In this document: positions 29,696 to 39,170 of the stretch, one piece after another | Layout: each line of letters opens with the position of its first letter | How positions within the stretch are numbered: the first letter of the stretch is position 1 | Assembly (NCBI GenBank): GCA_963668625.2 | Contig: CAXXKA010000001.1 | Coordinates: 288,001-352,000 of the forward strand | Direction: 5' to 3' | DNA from: an uncultured candidate division Zixibacteria bacterium | GTDB lineage: Bacteria > Zixibacteria > MSB-5A5 > UBA10806 > 4484-95 | Length of the DNA: 64,000 nucleotides | Notes under the pieces: generated by a model | What the model was told of the DNA's origin: nothing | What the model saw: the letters and a program-made list of their open reading frames with translations, nothing else | Database searches by the model: none | Made by a program: the position numbers and the translations under genes

Positions 29696-30429
29696 GAATC
29701 GATGTCTTGAGCCTGTTTCCCGATATGATAACCGGGCCGCTTGAGCAGAGCATTATCGGCCGGGCTGTCGAAAACGGCATAATCGATTTGCACACGCACG
29801 ATATCCGCGACTATGCCACCGATAAGCATCGAGTGGTGGATGATACGCCTTTCGGCGGTGGCGCCGGCATGGTTATGATGGTCGAGCCGCTGTTTAACGC
29901 GATCAAGGCGATCGATCCGGATAACAAAGCCAGGAAAATTATCACTGACGCCTCCGGTGAGAAATTCGACCAGGTTAGCGCTAAAAAACTGATGGTCGAG
30001 GATTGGCTTTTGATTATTTGCGGACATTACAAAGGCGTGGATGAGCGAATAAAGGAGCTTTTCGATATTACGGAAATATCGGTCGGCGATTATGTCCTGA
30101 CCGGTGGAGAGTTGCCGGCGCTTATTATTATCGATTCCGTGGCCAGATTGGTGCCCGGAGTAATAAAAGAGATTGACTCTGCTCAGTCGGATGCGTTTTT
30201 TGAGGGGTTACTGGGTTATCCGGAATACACCCAGCCCAGAGAATTCATGGGGCATAAAGTTCCGGATGAATTGTTGAATGGAAATCACGAAAGGATCAGG
30301 CAATGGCGATTGGCGCAATCGCTTCTAAGAACAAGATCGAGACGACCTGATTTGTTGAAGAATAAAGATCTTGATGATGACGAAATAAAATTATTGAATC
30401 TGGAGGATAGAGATGTTAAAAACAATTGA
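29692..30429 (+). CDS. trmD: tRNA (guanine-N1)-methyltransferase
   Basis: [41 protein letters not shown]. Confidence 0.97.
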   Translation: MRIDVLSLFPDMITGPLEQSIIGRAVENGIIDLHTHDIRDYATDKHRVVDDTPFGGGAGMVMMVEPLFNAIKAIDPDNKARKIITDASGEKFDQVSAKKLMVEDWLLIICGHYKGVDERIKELFDITEISVGDYVLTGGELPALIIIDSVARLVPGVIKEIDSAQSDAFFEGLLGYPEYTQPREFMGHKVPDELLNGNHERIRQWRLAQSLLRTRSRRPDLLKNKDLDDDEIKLLNLEDRDVKNN

Positions 30430-30760
30430 GAGCAGGTACCTTAAAGACAATTTGCCAGATTTCAAATCGGGCGATAATGTCCGAGTACATGTGAAAATCA
30501 AAGAGGGCGATAAAGAAAGAGTCCAGGTTTTTCAGGGTGATGTTATCGCTAAGAAAGGTAAAGGCATTCAGGCCTCGTTCACTGTCAGGCGTATTACCTC
30601 CGGTATCGGCGTGGAAAGAATTTTCCCGTTGCACTCGCCTAATGTCACAAAGATTCAGGTGCTCCGGCAGGGTCGTGTCAGACGGTCGAAACTTTACTAT
30701 CTCAGAGATCGTACCGGTAAAGCTGCCCGTATTCCCGCTAAAGTTGCCGAGAAGAAATAG
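30413..30760 (+). CDS. rplS: 50S ribosomal protein L19
   Basis: [45 protein letters not shown]. Confidence 0.97.
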   Translation: MLKTIESRYLKDNLPDFKSGDNVRVHVKIKEGDKERVQVFQGDVIAKKGKGIQASFTVRRITSGIGVERIFPLHSPNVTKIQVLRQGRVRRSKLYYLRDRTGKAARIPAKVAEKK

Positions 30761-30779
30761 CTTTTTACGGGAGGGATGT

Positions 30780-31358
30780 ATCGAGCGTAAAATTATTTGC
30801 GGCACCGATGAGGTTGGTCGAGGGCCATTAGCCGGACCTGTCGTAGCCGCCGCCGTGATACTCGATCCCGATAAGCCCATAGATGGCCTGGCCGACTCGA
30901 AAACGATATCGCCGGCCGGCCGACTGAAAATATTTTCAGAGATTTTAGATAACGCCGCTGATTTCGCGATCGCCGGCGTTTCTTGCGTTGTAATAGATAA
31001 AATCAATATCCTTCAAGCTTCGCTTCTGGCAATGAAAGTTGCTATAGAAAAATTGCGAATCCGACCTGATTTGGTTTATATCGATGGCAACAAAACCATA
31101 CCGGGGCTGGCGGTGAAGCAAAAAGCGGTCGTTGGCGGTGATAGACTTATTCCCCAGGTGTCCGCCGCCTCGATACTGGCTAAAGTTACTCGGGATACGC
31201 ACATGTTCGAGATGTCGAAAATATATCCCGAGTACAATTTCGAGAAGCATAAAGGCTATGGCACCAAAGAGCATATTGAGTTGATAAACGAATTCGGTCC
31301 CTGCGAAATCCACCGAAAGTCATTCAGCCCCATCTCTCAGTTCGAATTATTGAAGTAG
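30780..31358 (+). CDS. rnhB: Ribonuclease HII (start codon uncertain)
   Basis: GTDEVGRGPLAGPVVAAAV, DSK, INILQAS, DGN, AASILAKVTRD, HKGYGT, HRKSF. Confidence 0.93.
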   Translation: MERKIICGTDEVGRGPLAGPVVAAAVILDPDKPIDGLADSKTISPAGRLKIFSEILDNAADFAIAGVSCVVIDKINILQASLLAMKVAIEKLRIRPDLVYIDGNKTIPGLAVKQKAVVGGDRLIPQVSAASILAKVTRDTHMFEMSKIYPEYNFEKHKGYGTKEHIELINEFGPCEIHRKSFSPISQFELLK

Positions 31359-31377
31359 GATATTATTATACGCCGCA

Positions 31378-31450
31378 TATCGCCGGGAAAGGATGAACAA
31401 AGGACTTCGTCCGCCCAGCGACACATGCAAATGGCTTTTTCAACAAGCCC
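31378..31450 (+). repeat. MITE-B partial copy (right part)
   Basis: CGCCGGGAAAGGATGAACAAAGGACTTCGTCCGCCCAGCGAC...TTTTTCAACAAGCCC, shared with 33574-33643. Confidence 0.85.
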
Positions 31451-31612
31451 TCCGGGTGGGGGAAAACGAGGAGCGGCTATTCTAAGCAGGTTATGCAGCC
31501 AACCATAAATACCCCATAAACAAACCTATAAAAAGTTACCCCAAACCCGAATCTTTATGGTAAAATTGCCGTAGTATCTAATCTGTTTATTCGTTATGAG
31601 GATGTAGGGAAA

Positions 31613-32959
31613 ATGGCAAAAGACTTAACGCAGGGTTCGATATCGAGGATCCTGCTTCGCTTGGCGTTCCCCGGGATTTTATCGCTTCTGGGAATAACGA
31701 TCAATCATTTCATAGATGGTATCTGGGTCGGACGAATCGGGCCGAAAGCTCTGGCGGCAATCGCCCCGGCGGCGTTCGTTATCTGGATAATATATTCGCT
31801 TGTGGATATCATGCCTATCGGGTTGATGGCGGTTATCTCACGTTACTATGGTGAAAAGCGGCCGGATAAAGCCTCCGATACATCGCAAAAGGCGCTTCAG
31901 TTCATATTTCTCCTATCCATTATATTTACATTAATTGGCGTATTTTTCTCCAAGCATATCGTGCAACTGGTCGGCTTATCAGAGGAGGTCGTGCGGCTTG
32001 GTACTATATACTTGAGCGTTATCTCGTTCATGCTGCCGCCGGCGTTCATGGGCGAGGCGATATTCAGCATTTTCCGGGCGGTTGGTGATACCACCACGCC
32101 GATGAAACTGACTCTGGTAGCTATCTCGGTTAATATGATACTCGATCCGCTGCTTATTTTCGGTGTCGGGCCGTTTCCCGAAATGGGTATAGCCGGCGCC
32201 GCTTTAGCTACCGTGATAGGTTATTACATAGCTCATGCATGGCTGCTTATCGATGTCAGCAAAGGTAAGCTACCGTTTAAAATAATCGAACTAAAACCGT
32301 TGCCGTTTGATTTCAAACTTTTTTGGCGGCTCTCTAAAATCGGGCTGCCGATTGCCATATCGGGTATCGTGTTCTCGATTGTCTACCTGGTACTGGCGCG
32401 CATAGCCGCCCCGTTCGGCGACTATGTCGTAGCCTCATTCAGAGTGGGCCAGTTAATCGAATCGGTATCGTTCATGGTATCATTCGGTATGGGACAGGCC
32501 GCCGCCGGCATAATCGGCCAGAATCTCGGCGCAAATAAACCCGATAGAGCCGAAAGATCGGCGCTTGTCGCACAGGGGATAATTTCAGTATTTACTGTAT
32601 TGATAACGTTCATACTGTTTTTCTTCGCCGAACCGATTACCAGGCTGTTCACCTCCGATCCTAAAACCATGGCCGCCACGATTCATTACCTGAAAATTAT
32701 CGCATTGTCGCAGATATTTTCCGGGCTGGAGATCGTTCTGGAGGGGGCGTTCTCCGGCGCAGGCGATACTTTGCCGCCGATGCTGGTATCGCTGGTCGGC
32801 ACCGTACTGCGAATACCATTAGCCATTGTGATGGTCGGTCCATTGGGCATGGGGTATGTTGCGCTTTATTGGGCTATTACTATTTCAACCGTATTAAAAG
32901 GAATAGTGCTGTTCATTTGGTTCAGGCTCGGTAGATGGAAAACTAAGTCTATCGATTAA
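31613..32959 (+). CDS. MATE family efflux transporter
   Basis: DLTQGSI..LL.LAFP, FRAVGDTTTPM, NMILDPLLIFG.GPFPEMGIAGAALATV, GQNLGA. Confidence 0.93.
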   Translation: MAKDLTQGSISRILLRLAFPGILSLLGITINHFIDGIWVGRIGPKALAAIAPAAFVIWIIYSLVDIMPIGLMAVISRYYGEKRPDKASDTSQKALQFIFLLSIIFTLIGVFFSKHIVQLVGLSEEVVRLGTIYLSVISFMLPPAFMGEAIFSIFRAVGDTTTPMKLTLVAISVNMILDPLLIFGVGPFPEMGIAGAALATVIGYYIAHAWLLIDVSKGKLPFKIIELKPLPFDFKLFWRLSKIGLPIAISGIVFSIVYLVLARIAAPFGDYVVASFRVGQLIESVSFMVSFGMGQAAAGIIGQNLGANKPDRAERSALVAQGIISVFTVLITFILFFFAEPITRLFTSDPKTMAATIHYLKIIALSQIFSGLEIVLEGAFSGAGDTLPPMLVSLVGTVLRIPLAIVMVGPLGMGYVALYWAITISTVLKGIVLFIWFRLGRWKTKSID

Positions 32960-33007
32960 TAAACAAAATACCGATAGATATCCATTGAAAGCAATGTATG
33001 GTCGATT

Positions 33008-33037
33008 TGTCATTCCGGGCGAAGCCCAGGAATCCAG
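33008..33037 (+). repeat. GTCATT-type short palindromic repeat
   Basis: TGTCATTCCGGGCGAAGCCCAGGAATCCAG hairpin. Confidence 0.55.
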
Positions 33038-33118
33038 ATGAGGGGAAAGGCAGACTGCTTAAATTGTTTCATATTACTAAACTCTGTTTGGCACTGTGTT
33101 TGAATTACTAAAATAGGA

Positions 33119-33372
33119 CACTACTGTCCGGCCTTTCCATCTCGTTGCGAAGCGCTGCTTCGCAACGTGGCTTGTTTGCCGGCAGAATGCTTATCCTACA
33201 TGACTCAAGAAGGTTTCCAAGCAGCGCTTGGAAACCAGGAAACTAAGCCTGACATCGACAGGACATATCAGAATGTATGATACGGTGAATGTTTAATTAT
33301 ATCGAAAAATATCTTTAGCTAACAATTCAAAGGAAAAATTTAAAATTTATCGAAAAACACCGGACACTAGTG
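33119..33372 (+). mobile_element. MITE-A, complete copy (254 bp)
   Basis: TIRs CACTACTGTCCGG / CCGGACACTAGTG; flanking direct repeat AAAATAGGA (33110-33118 and 33373-33381); internal REP doublet. Confidence 0.88.
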
Positions 33373-33407
33373 AAAATAGGATTAATATCTAAAATCATCA
33401 GTACCAC

Positions 33408-33493
33408 CTCATTACGAAGCGCCGATTCGTAATGTTGCTGTAATTGGCAGAATAATACATTTTTGCCAGTGCAGACAAGGTTCCAAAGTAGCG
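33408..33493 (+). repeat. Degenerate REP doublet truncated by MITE-B
   Basis: CTCATTACGAAGCGCCGATTCGTAATG...CCAGTGCAGACAAGGTTCCAAAGTAGCG, similar to ~22320-22400. Confidence 0.6.
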
Positions 33494-33495
33494 GG

Positions 33496-33643
33496 GGGCG
33501 CGTTGAATAAGTCCCTGCTGAGCAGTTGAGGTGTTAGGAATTCTTTCCTGACACCTGACTCCACGCGGGATGTCGCCGGGAAAGGATGAACAAAGGACTT
33601 CGTCCGCCCAGCGACGCGTGAGAATGACTTTTTCAACAAGCCC
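33496..33643 (+). mobile_element. MITE-B, complete copy (148 bp), IS5/IS1182-like ends
   Basis: TIRs GGGCGCGTTGAATAAGTC / GACTTTTTCAACAAGCCC (15/18 match). Confidence 0.75.
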
Positions 33644-33697
33644 GTTAGATGGGATACCGCGTTAAATCGAAGCTCCTGCTATTTGGGATTGCCCATT

Positions 33698-33722
33698 AAA
33701 AAAGCCAGCCGAGGCTGGCTTT
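33698..33722 (-). terminator. Intrinsic terminator of the DUF6249-like gene
   Basis: AAAAAAGCCAGC-cgag-GCTGGCTTT. Confidence 0.7.
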
Positions 33723-33740
33723 ATGCGCGGAAAATCTAAT

Positions 33741-34130
33741 TCAGGTCAATTTATTTTTTTCTTCCGCTTTTTCTTTCTCTTTCTCTTTTTTCTCCATAAA
33801 ATAGGAGATCATCAATGCGACACCGATCAGTAATGGGATTGAGCCGAACGCCATTCCACTACGTTCTCCCTCGGCAAGCATCATAAAAAAGAATCCGATA
33901 CCGATGGCGATCCAGATTAACGAGGCCTTGAAAGTCCCTAATGGCGATTTCTCCATTGATTTTAATTCGGGAACGGGCAAGCCTTTATCAATAGCTGCCT
34001 TATAAGCCTCGATTTCCAATTTTCGTTTTTTCATTGCCGCTATTATTATCGCGAGGGCTATTGCCAGTACAGTTGCCATACTCGTGATTATAGCGACTAT
34101 TGGAATGAAGGTTTCGAATATATCTACCAT
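33741..34130 (-). CDS. DUF6249-like membrane protein, divergent from the ECF sigma gene
   Basis: TM, AIDKGLPVP, LIWIAIGIG, G.IPLLIGVALMISY; GGAG RBS before ATG 34130. Confidence 0.72.
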   Translation of the reverse strand: MVDIFETFIPIVAIITSMATVLAIALAIIIAAMKKRKLEIEAYKAAIDKGLPVPELKSMEKSPLGTFKASLIWIAIGIGFFFMMLAEGERSGMAFGSIPLLIGVALMISYFMEKKEKEKEKAEEKNKLT

Positions 34131-34166
34131 AAAATTCTCCTTTCGCTTTCGTTTCTTTTGACTGTC

Positions 34167-34242
34167 AGACACGCCGGTCGCAGGATTTGTTACAAAAAAA
34201 GATTGAAAATAGTTTGTAACAAACGGTAGAATTAAATTGTCC
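34167..34242. promoter_or_regulatory. Two divergent ECF-type promoters
   Basis: Minus strand TGTAAC-N16-GTGTCT (34194-34167); plus strand TGTAAC-N16-TTGTCC (34215-34242). Confidence 0.65.
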
Positions 34243-34251
34243 TTATAACAA

Positions 34252-34851
34252 ATGTTAATGGTTTATCAAATAGCCGAACATGTCGGCGATAATGTGAAAA
34301 AAACAGCCCAAAAATTCAAAGCGCGATTCACGGCTACCGATTCCCAATTGCTTGAAAGGGCTAAGAATAAAAATTCCGAGGCGTTCGGCGAACTTGTCAA
34401 ACGTAATCAGAATTTTATCTACCGGACAGCGATGGGATATGTTGGTGATAGCGAGACAGCCCGGGATATCACTCAGGATGTATTTATCAAAGCTTATCGC
34501 GGGTTACCATATTTCCGGGATGACGCGCAGTTTACGACATGGCTGTATAAAATATGCAAAAACCAATGTCTGAATTTGTTGAGACATCGAAAACTGGAAA
34601 CAGGCGAGGCCGTAAAAGGGGAACAGAGCGCCGAATCGCAAATACCGCTTAGGCTGGGCATGCGGAAACTAATCGATTTACTGGCTGAGGAGTATCGGGA
34701 AATTATCATGCTTCGCTATTTCCAGGATTTAAAATATGATGAGATAGCCCGTTACCTTGATATACCGATAAGCACGGTGAAAATACGATTGTATCGGGCG
34801 AAACGTGAACTGAAAAAACTATATGGGGAGCATCGTACGAATGAGATGTGA
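34252..34851 (+). CDS. ECF sigma factor
   Basis: AFGELV, DITQDVFIKAY, FTTWLYKI, L.EEYREII.LRY, YDEIA..L.IPISTVKIRLYRA; start uncertain. Confidence 0.93.
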   Translation: MLMVYQIAEHVGDNVKKTAQKFKARFTATDSQLLERAKNKNSEAFGELVKRNQNFIYRTAMGYVGDSETARDITQDVFIKAYRGLPYFRDDAQFTTWLYKICKNQCLNLLRHRKLETGEAVKGEQSAESQIPLRLGMRKLIDLLAEEYREIIMLRYFQDLKYDEIARYLDIPISTVKIRLYRAKRELKKLYGEHRTNEM

Positions 34852-35341
34852 TGAAATCGAAAAGGCGTTAAACGGCGAACCGGCCGACTTTAAGGCCGCC
34901 GCTCGCCATATCAAGAAATGTCCGTACTGCAGTAAAATCTATAAAGATGAACTGGAGTTGGAATATTCGCTCAGGGAGTTAAGCCTCGAGGATGAGTCCG
35001 TGGATATAATGCCCGAGCTTTATAGCCGTCTCGAGTTCGAACACGAACAGGTGAAAGCCTCGTCGGTAATAAGGCGATGGGCCTGGTTCGGTTCGGTAGT
35101 ATTCGTTCTGGGATTCATACTTGCCAATCTCGAATCGATCGTTGGCCTGATCAACAGGGGAATGGTTTATCTCAGTTCCTGGCAATCGAATGCCCTGGCG
35201 CCTCAAACCGGTGATTTTAACAGGATGGCTCAAACATTCCAGTCCTCGGATTATTTCTACACGGTGTTGTTAATCGGGGGGGCTTTCGTGGCGGTGGTGT
35301 TCTATTACCTGTGGCGGGAATTCCGCGAGATTACGAAGTAG
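34841..35341 (+). CDS. Putative zinc-binding membrane anti-sigma factor
   Basis: MRC...HIKKCPYC (HxxxCxxC) and two TM helices; overlaps the sigma gene. Confidence 0.8.
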   Translation: MRCDEIEKALNGEPADFKAAARHIKKCPYCSKIYKDELELEYSLRELSLEDESVDIMPELYSRLEFEHEQVKASSVIRRWAWFGSVVFVLGFILANLESIVGLINRGMVYLSSWQSNALAPQTGDFNRMAQTFQSSDYFYTVLLIGGAFVAVVFYYLWREFREITK

Positions 35342-35498
35342 GGGAGGCGCCAAAATTCGTAACGCGGGTATCTAGCTTTAGTGGTAGAATGGCTTCATTT
35401 TTTTCTTCTCGCTATCATACTCCATTTTGCTTTAGTAATTGATTAAATACCAGTTCTTTCGGATGAGAATGTCCAGGGTCTTAGGTGAAATTGATATG

Positions 35499-35528
35499 AA
35501 AAAAAGAGCGTCCGATCGAACGCTCCTT
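35499..35528 (-). terminator. Intrinsic terminator of the lipoprotein gene
   Basis: Minus strand GAGCGTTC-gatc-GGACGCTC followed by a T-run. Confidence 0.6.
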
Positions 35529-35578
35529 CAAATATTGACTTTGGCTAAAAATCCCTGAGGAAATCGCCTGTTTAAAAC

Positions 35579-35935
35579 TTATCTTCTTCTGTTGCCGATC
35601 TCTTTCATGGACTTTTTCAGATTGTCATCCTCAGCCATCTTGGAAAGCATGATCTCGCCCATGCCGGGGAATTCCAGTAAAGTATTCATCATGATTTCAC
35701 GATTGGCCATGGTTTTCGAATACTCATTGACGATTTGGGCAACCCAGGCAGAGTCAGCCAGCACCTGCGTGGTAATCTCGGCCTTGACACCTTCATCGGT
35801 CATCATTTGGGTCATGAGGTATGTTTTCATTTCAGGATTATCGAGAATTTGATCGAGAGCTTTCTGCTGGTCGCAACCGACAAGTATCGCCCCAACAATC
35901 GAAACCAGGATAATAAGGATAGCAGCTTTTCTCAC
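35579..35935 (-). CDS. Hypothetical Met-rich lipoprotein
   Basis: GTG after GGAGG; lipobox LVGC. Confidence 0.72.
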   Translation of the reverse strand: MRKAAILIILVSIVGAILVGCDQQKALDQILDNPEMKTYLMTQMMTDEGVKAEITTQVLADSAWVAQIVNEYSKTMANREIMMNTLLEFPGMGEIMLSKMAEDDNLKKSMKEIGNRRR

Positions 35936-36027
35936 GTTAACCTCCATTAAGTTTGAAATTATCAATATTCTGATTGTTTAATAAATTACTTGGCAAAGAA
36001 GTGTCAAGATTAAAATTAACAAAGTGC

Positions 36028-36071
36028 TTGACCGTTCCATGTATATGTTGTATATGGAAATCAATATCAAT
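36028..36071 (+). promoter_or_regulatory. Sigma-70-like promoter and Fur-type box at the fur pair
   Basis: TTGACC-N17-TATATG; TGGAAATCAATATCA (reverse complement TGATATT-G-ATTTCCA) resembles the 7-1-7 Fur box. Confidence 0.45.
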
Positions 36072-36522
36072 GTCAGATGCTGAGCAAAATAATGTCAGGG
36101 AACGATTTAATTCGTTCTTGCAGAGCAAAGGTCTTAAACTGACCTCGGAGAGATTGACTATTTTTAATGAGGCCCTGGCAACCGAGGGACATTTCGAGGC
36201 CGATGATCTTCTGGTTATTTTAAAGCAGAGGGGCCGTAAAACCTCCCGGGCAACGATTTATAGAACACTGGAAATCCTGGCCGAATCCGGTGTGCTTCGT
36301 AAGGTATATCTAGGCTCGGCCGCTATCCATTTCGAGAAAATCAGCGATAAGCCAAGATACGACCATATGATCTGCCAGAAATGCGGAGCAAGAATCGAAT
36401 TTCATCAACCCGAATTACTGAAACTTCAGGCTAATCTGGTCGATGAGTATAAATTCGAGGTTAAAGATTATTGCTATCAAATATTTGGGTTATGTAAAAA
36501 TTGCATCGAGGATAACAGATGA
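36070..36522 (+). CDS. Fur family transcriptional regulator (copy 1)
   Basis: GLKLTSER, HFEADDL, SRATIYRTL, DHMICQKCG, GLCKNC. Confidence 0.92.
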   Translation: MSDAEQNNVRERFNSFLQSKGLKLTSERLTIFNEALATEGHFEADDLLVILKQRGRKTSRATIYRTLEILAESGVLRKVYLGSAAIHFEKISDKPRYDHMICQKCGARIEFHQPELLKLQANLVDEYKFEVKDYCYQIFGLCKNCIEDNR

Positions 36523-36944
36523 AAACAGAGAAAGAAGTTTTTGCCGATCATCTGAAAACGAAAAACCTGAAAAAGACCGATCAGAGATTTAATATTCTCG
36601 ATATTTTCTTAACCACCACCGGTCATATTTCAGCCTATGAGCTTCACGCTCTTATTCGTAAACAGTATTCCAATATCGGTTTTTCGACAGTCTACCGCAC
36701 ATTGAAATTATTTACCGAATGTGGCATTGCCAACGATGTTAATTTCGGGGATGGCAAAGCGCGGTTCGAGAAAGCCTTTCGCCGCCAGAATCACGGCCAC
36801 CTTATTTGCACGAAATGCGGTCAGACGGAGGAGTTTACCTCGCCCTCGGTTGAGAATGTTCAGAAACAGATAGTAGGCAAGTTCGGGTACAAACCGCAGG
36901 GTTTCCGATTCGAGATTTACGGTCTGTGCAAGAAGTGCCGTTAA
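36519..36944 (+). CDS. Fur family transcriptional regulator (copy 2)
   Basis: LKKTDQR, HISAYEL, STVYRTL, HGHLICTKCG, YGLCKKC. Confidence 0.92.
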   Translation: MKTEKEVFADHLKTKNLKKTDQRFNILDIFLTTTGHISAYELHALIRKQYSNIGFSTVYRTLKLFTECGIANDVNFGDGKARFEKAFRRQNHGHLICTKCGQTEEFTSPSVENVQKQIVGKFGYKPQGFRFEIYGLCKKCR

Positions 36945-37027
36945 ACCGGCGGCCTCGTTCGGAGAATATTCTCGTCTTATCGTTTATACAGATTGAATCA
37001 TATCGTTTTATTGTATATATTCAACTC

Positions 37028-37789
37028 ATGAGAGCATTAAGTTATATACCGCGCAACCGCTATACCGGTATTGCCGATGAAGCCAAACTGATATTAAGTA
37101 TTAGTTTCTCAATAATAGCGTTATCTGCGTATATGATCGAAACCCAGGTGATATTTTTCGGGATTCTTCTGACCATCGCTATTTCCGGTGGCTTGAAACC
37201 AGGCTTCATATTGGATTATGTGCGGCTTTTCGCGCCGGTAATGGCATTTATTTTCATCCTTCACCTGTTTTACCATGAGGGCGAACCGTTGTTTACGGTC
37301 TGGAAATTCACCGCCAGCGATTTCGGGCTGTATTCCGGCTCGATAAATTTGCTGAGATTCATCAATTTCGTTATAATCGGAATATGCTTTTTTAGTTTTA
37401 GCTCTCCTTTAAATATCTCCTCTAAAATAGCTACCGGTTTCGGCTTGGCTAAAAGTAGATTCTTCCAGGAGCTGGCATTGGTGTTTTTCATCGCGCTCAG
37501 GTTTTTGCCGGTACTATTGCGTGAACGGGAATCATTGAAACTGGCGATGCGAGCGCGGGGAGTCAATTTCGGCAGACATTTCACTAACAGGCTGAGAGCA
37601 AATATAAAGCTCATGTTTCCTCTTATAATCAGAGTCGCCTGGCAAACCGATGATGTCGCGCTGGCCATGTCGTTGAAAGGTGATGGCGATACATATTTCG
37701 TACCGGAACGCATCAGGCTGAAATTCATCGATTTCATATTGATTTGCCTGGGGATAGGCGGGGCGTTCGGGATTTTCTATTATGAGTAA
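37028..37789 (+). CDS. ECF transporter T component (EcfT/CbiQ-like)
   Basis: TM-rich; IALRFLPVL..E, AMRARG, LAMSLKG (second Arg motif altered). Confidence 0.78.
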   Translation: MRALSYIPRNRYTGIADEAKLILSISFSIIALSAYMIETQVIFFGILLTIAISGGLKPGFILDYVRLFAPVMAFIFILHLFYHEGEPLFTVWKFTASDFGLYSGSINLLRFINFVIIGICFFSFSSPLNISSKIATGFGLAKSRFFQELALVFFIALRFLPVLLRERESLKLAMRARGVNFGRHFTNRLRANIKLMFPLIIRVAWQTDDVALAMSLKGDGDTYFVPERIRLKFIDFILICLGIGGAFGIFYYE

Positions 37790-38525
37790 ATACTGCTATA
37801 AACTGATTATCGAATATGACGGCGGTGGTTTTTGCGGCTGGCAGATACAGCCGGGAAAACGTTCCGTACAACAGGTCATCATTGATGCTATCTTTCGCTT
37901 TACCCGCGAGAAAGTCAAACTCGAGGGAGCCGGTCGCACCGATGCCGGCGTGCATGCGATCGGACAGGTGGGAGCGTTCAAGCTGGAAAAGCCGCAGAAA
38001 ACCGAGCAGATTTTTTATCGTCTGAATCGCTTGTTGCCTGATGATGTAGCGGTTAAAAAGGTCACCAGGGTGTTGCCGGAATTCGATCCGCGTCGCCTGG
38101 CTATCGAACGTACATATCGCTATTATATTACCGAAACACCACAACCCCTGATCCGTAACAGGGCACACTACAGCCATCGCCGGTTGGATATGGATAAACT
38201 CAATAAAGCGGCCGGGGTATTTCCGGGAAGACATGATTACTCCTCATTTTGCAAGCAGAAATCGCTCAAACAGGATAATCACTGTAAGATTATCAGGTCA
38301 GCATGGTTCCGTCATTCGGGTATGCTAATCTATGAGGTGAAAGCAGATAGATTTCTCCATCACATGGTGCGCCGCCTGGTTGGGGCAATGCTTGCTTACG
38401 AGGATTCAAAAATAAACTTGACACAATTGAAGGCTTTTTTGAATAATAGCTCTAACGTGAAATACAGTGCACCGGCTAATGGTTTGGTATTAGTTAATGT
38501 AAGATATAGAAGGGAAGCAAAATGA
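37782..38525 (+). CDS. truA: tRNA pseudouridine(38-40) synthase
   Basis: [43 protein letters not shown]. Confidence 0.96.
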   Translation: MSKYCYKLIIEYDGGGFCGWQIQPGKRSVQQVIIDAIFRFTREKVKLEGAGRTDAGVHAIGQVGAFKLEKPQKTEQIFYRLNRLLPDDVAVKKVTRVLPEFDPRRLAIERTYRYYITETPQPLIRNRAHYSHRRLDMDKLNKAAGVFPGRHDYSSFCKQKSLKQDNHCKIIRSAWFRHSGMLIYEVKADRFLHHMVRRLVGAMLAYEDSKINLTQLKAFLNNSSNVKYSAPANGLVLVNVRYRREAK

Positions 38526-39166
38526 AATTTTTTATCGACACCGCCAATATCGATGAGATCAAGAAAGCGGCGGAATTCGGCGTTCTGGATGGCGTAACCA
38601 CGAATCCATCACTGCTGGCGAAAGAAAAAGGCGACTACCGTGATATCCTGACCAATATCTGCGAGATCGTCGATGGCCCGATATCGGCCGAGGTAACGGC
38701 GGTTGATACCGAGGGAATGGTAAAAGAGGCTCTGGAACTGGCTAAAATCCATAAGAATATTACTATTAAGGTGCCATGCATACGGGATGGTTTCATCGCC
38801 ACCAAACAGCTTTCCGAGAAAGGTATCATGGTCAACATGACACTTTGTTTCTCGCCTTTGCAGGCTTTGTTGGCTGCCAAAGCCGGCGCGGCATTCATCT
38901 CGCCGTTCGTCGGCCGTCTGGATGATGTCAGCCATGTCGGTATGGATTTGATCGAGCAGATCATTCAAATATATGATAATTATGCATTCTCCACGGAGGT
39001 ATTGGTTGCCTCTGTCAGAACTCAGTTACATGTAGTCGAATCGGCGATCATGGGCGCGGATGTCATTACCATGCCATATAAAGTAATCGAGCAGATGGCG
39101 AAGCATCCTCTTACTGATGTTGGTTTGGAGAAGTTTTTAGCCGATTGGGAGAAAGTGAAAAAGTAG
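38522..39166 (+). CDS. fsa: Fructose-6-phosphate aldolase/transaldolase (TalC/MipB family)
   Basis: [47 protein letters not shown]. Confidence 0.93.
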   Translation: MKFFIDTANIDEIKKAAEFGVLDGVTTNPSLLAKEKGDYRDILTNICEIVDGPISAEVTAVDTEGMVKEALELAKIHKNITIKVPCIRDGFIATKQLSEKGIMVNMTLCFSPLQALLAAKAGAAFISPFVGRLDDVSHVGMDLIEQIIQIYDNYAFSTEVLVASVRTQLHVVESAIMGADVITMPYKVIEQMAKHPLTDVGLEKFLADWEKVKK

Positions 39167-39170
39167 TACA

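Noticed and set aside
30537-30779. N-terminal extensions in the ORF track (rnhB; also pilS 20344, rimM 29078, fur 35974, ecfT 36926)
   Set aside because: They overlap upstream genes, terminators or promoters and lack family-like sequence; downstream starts fit better.
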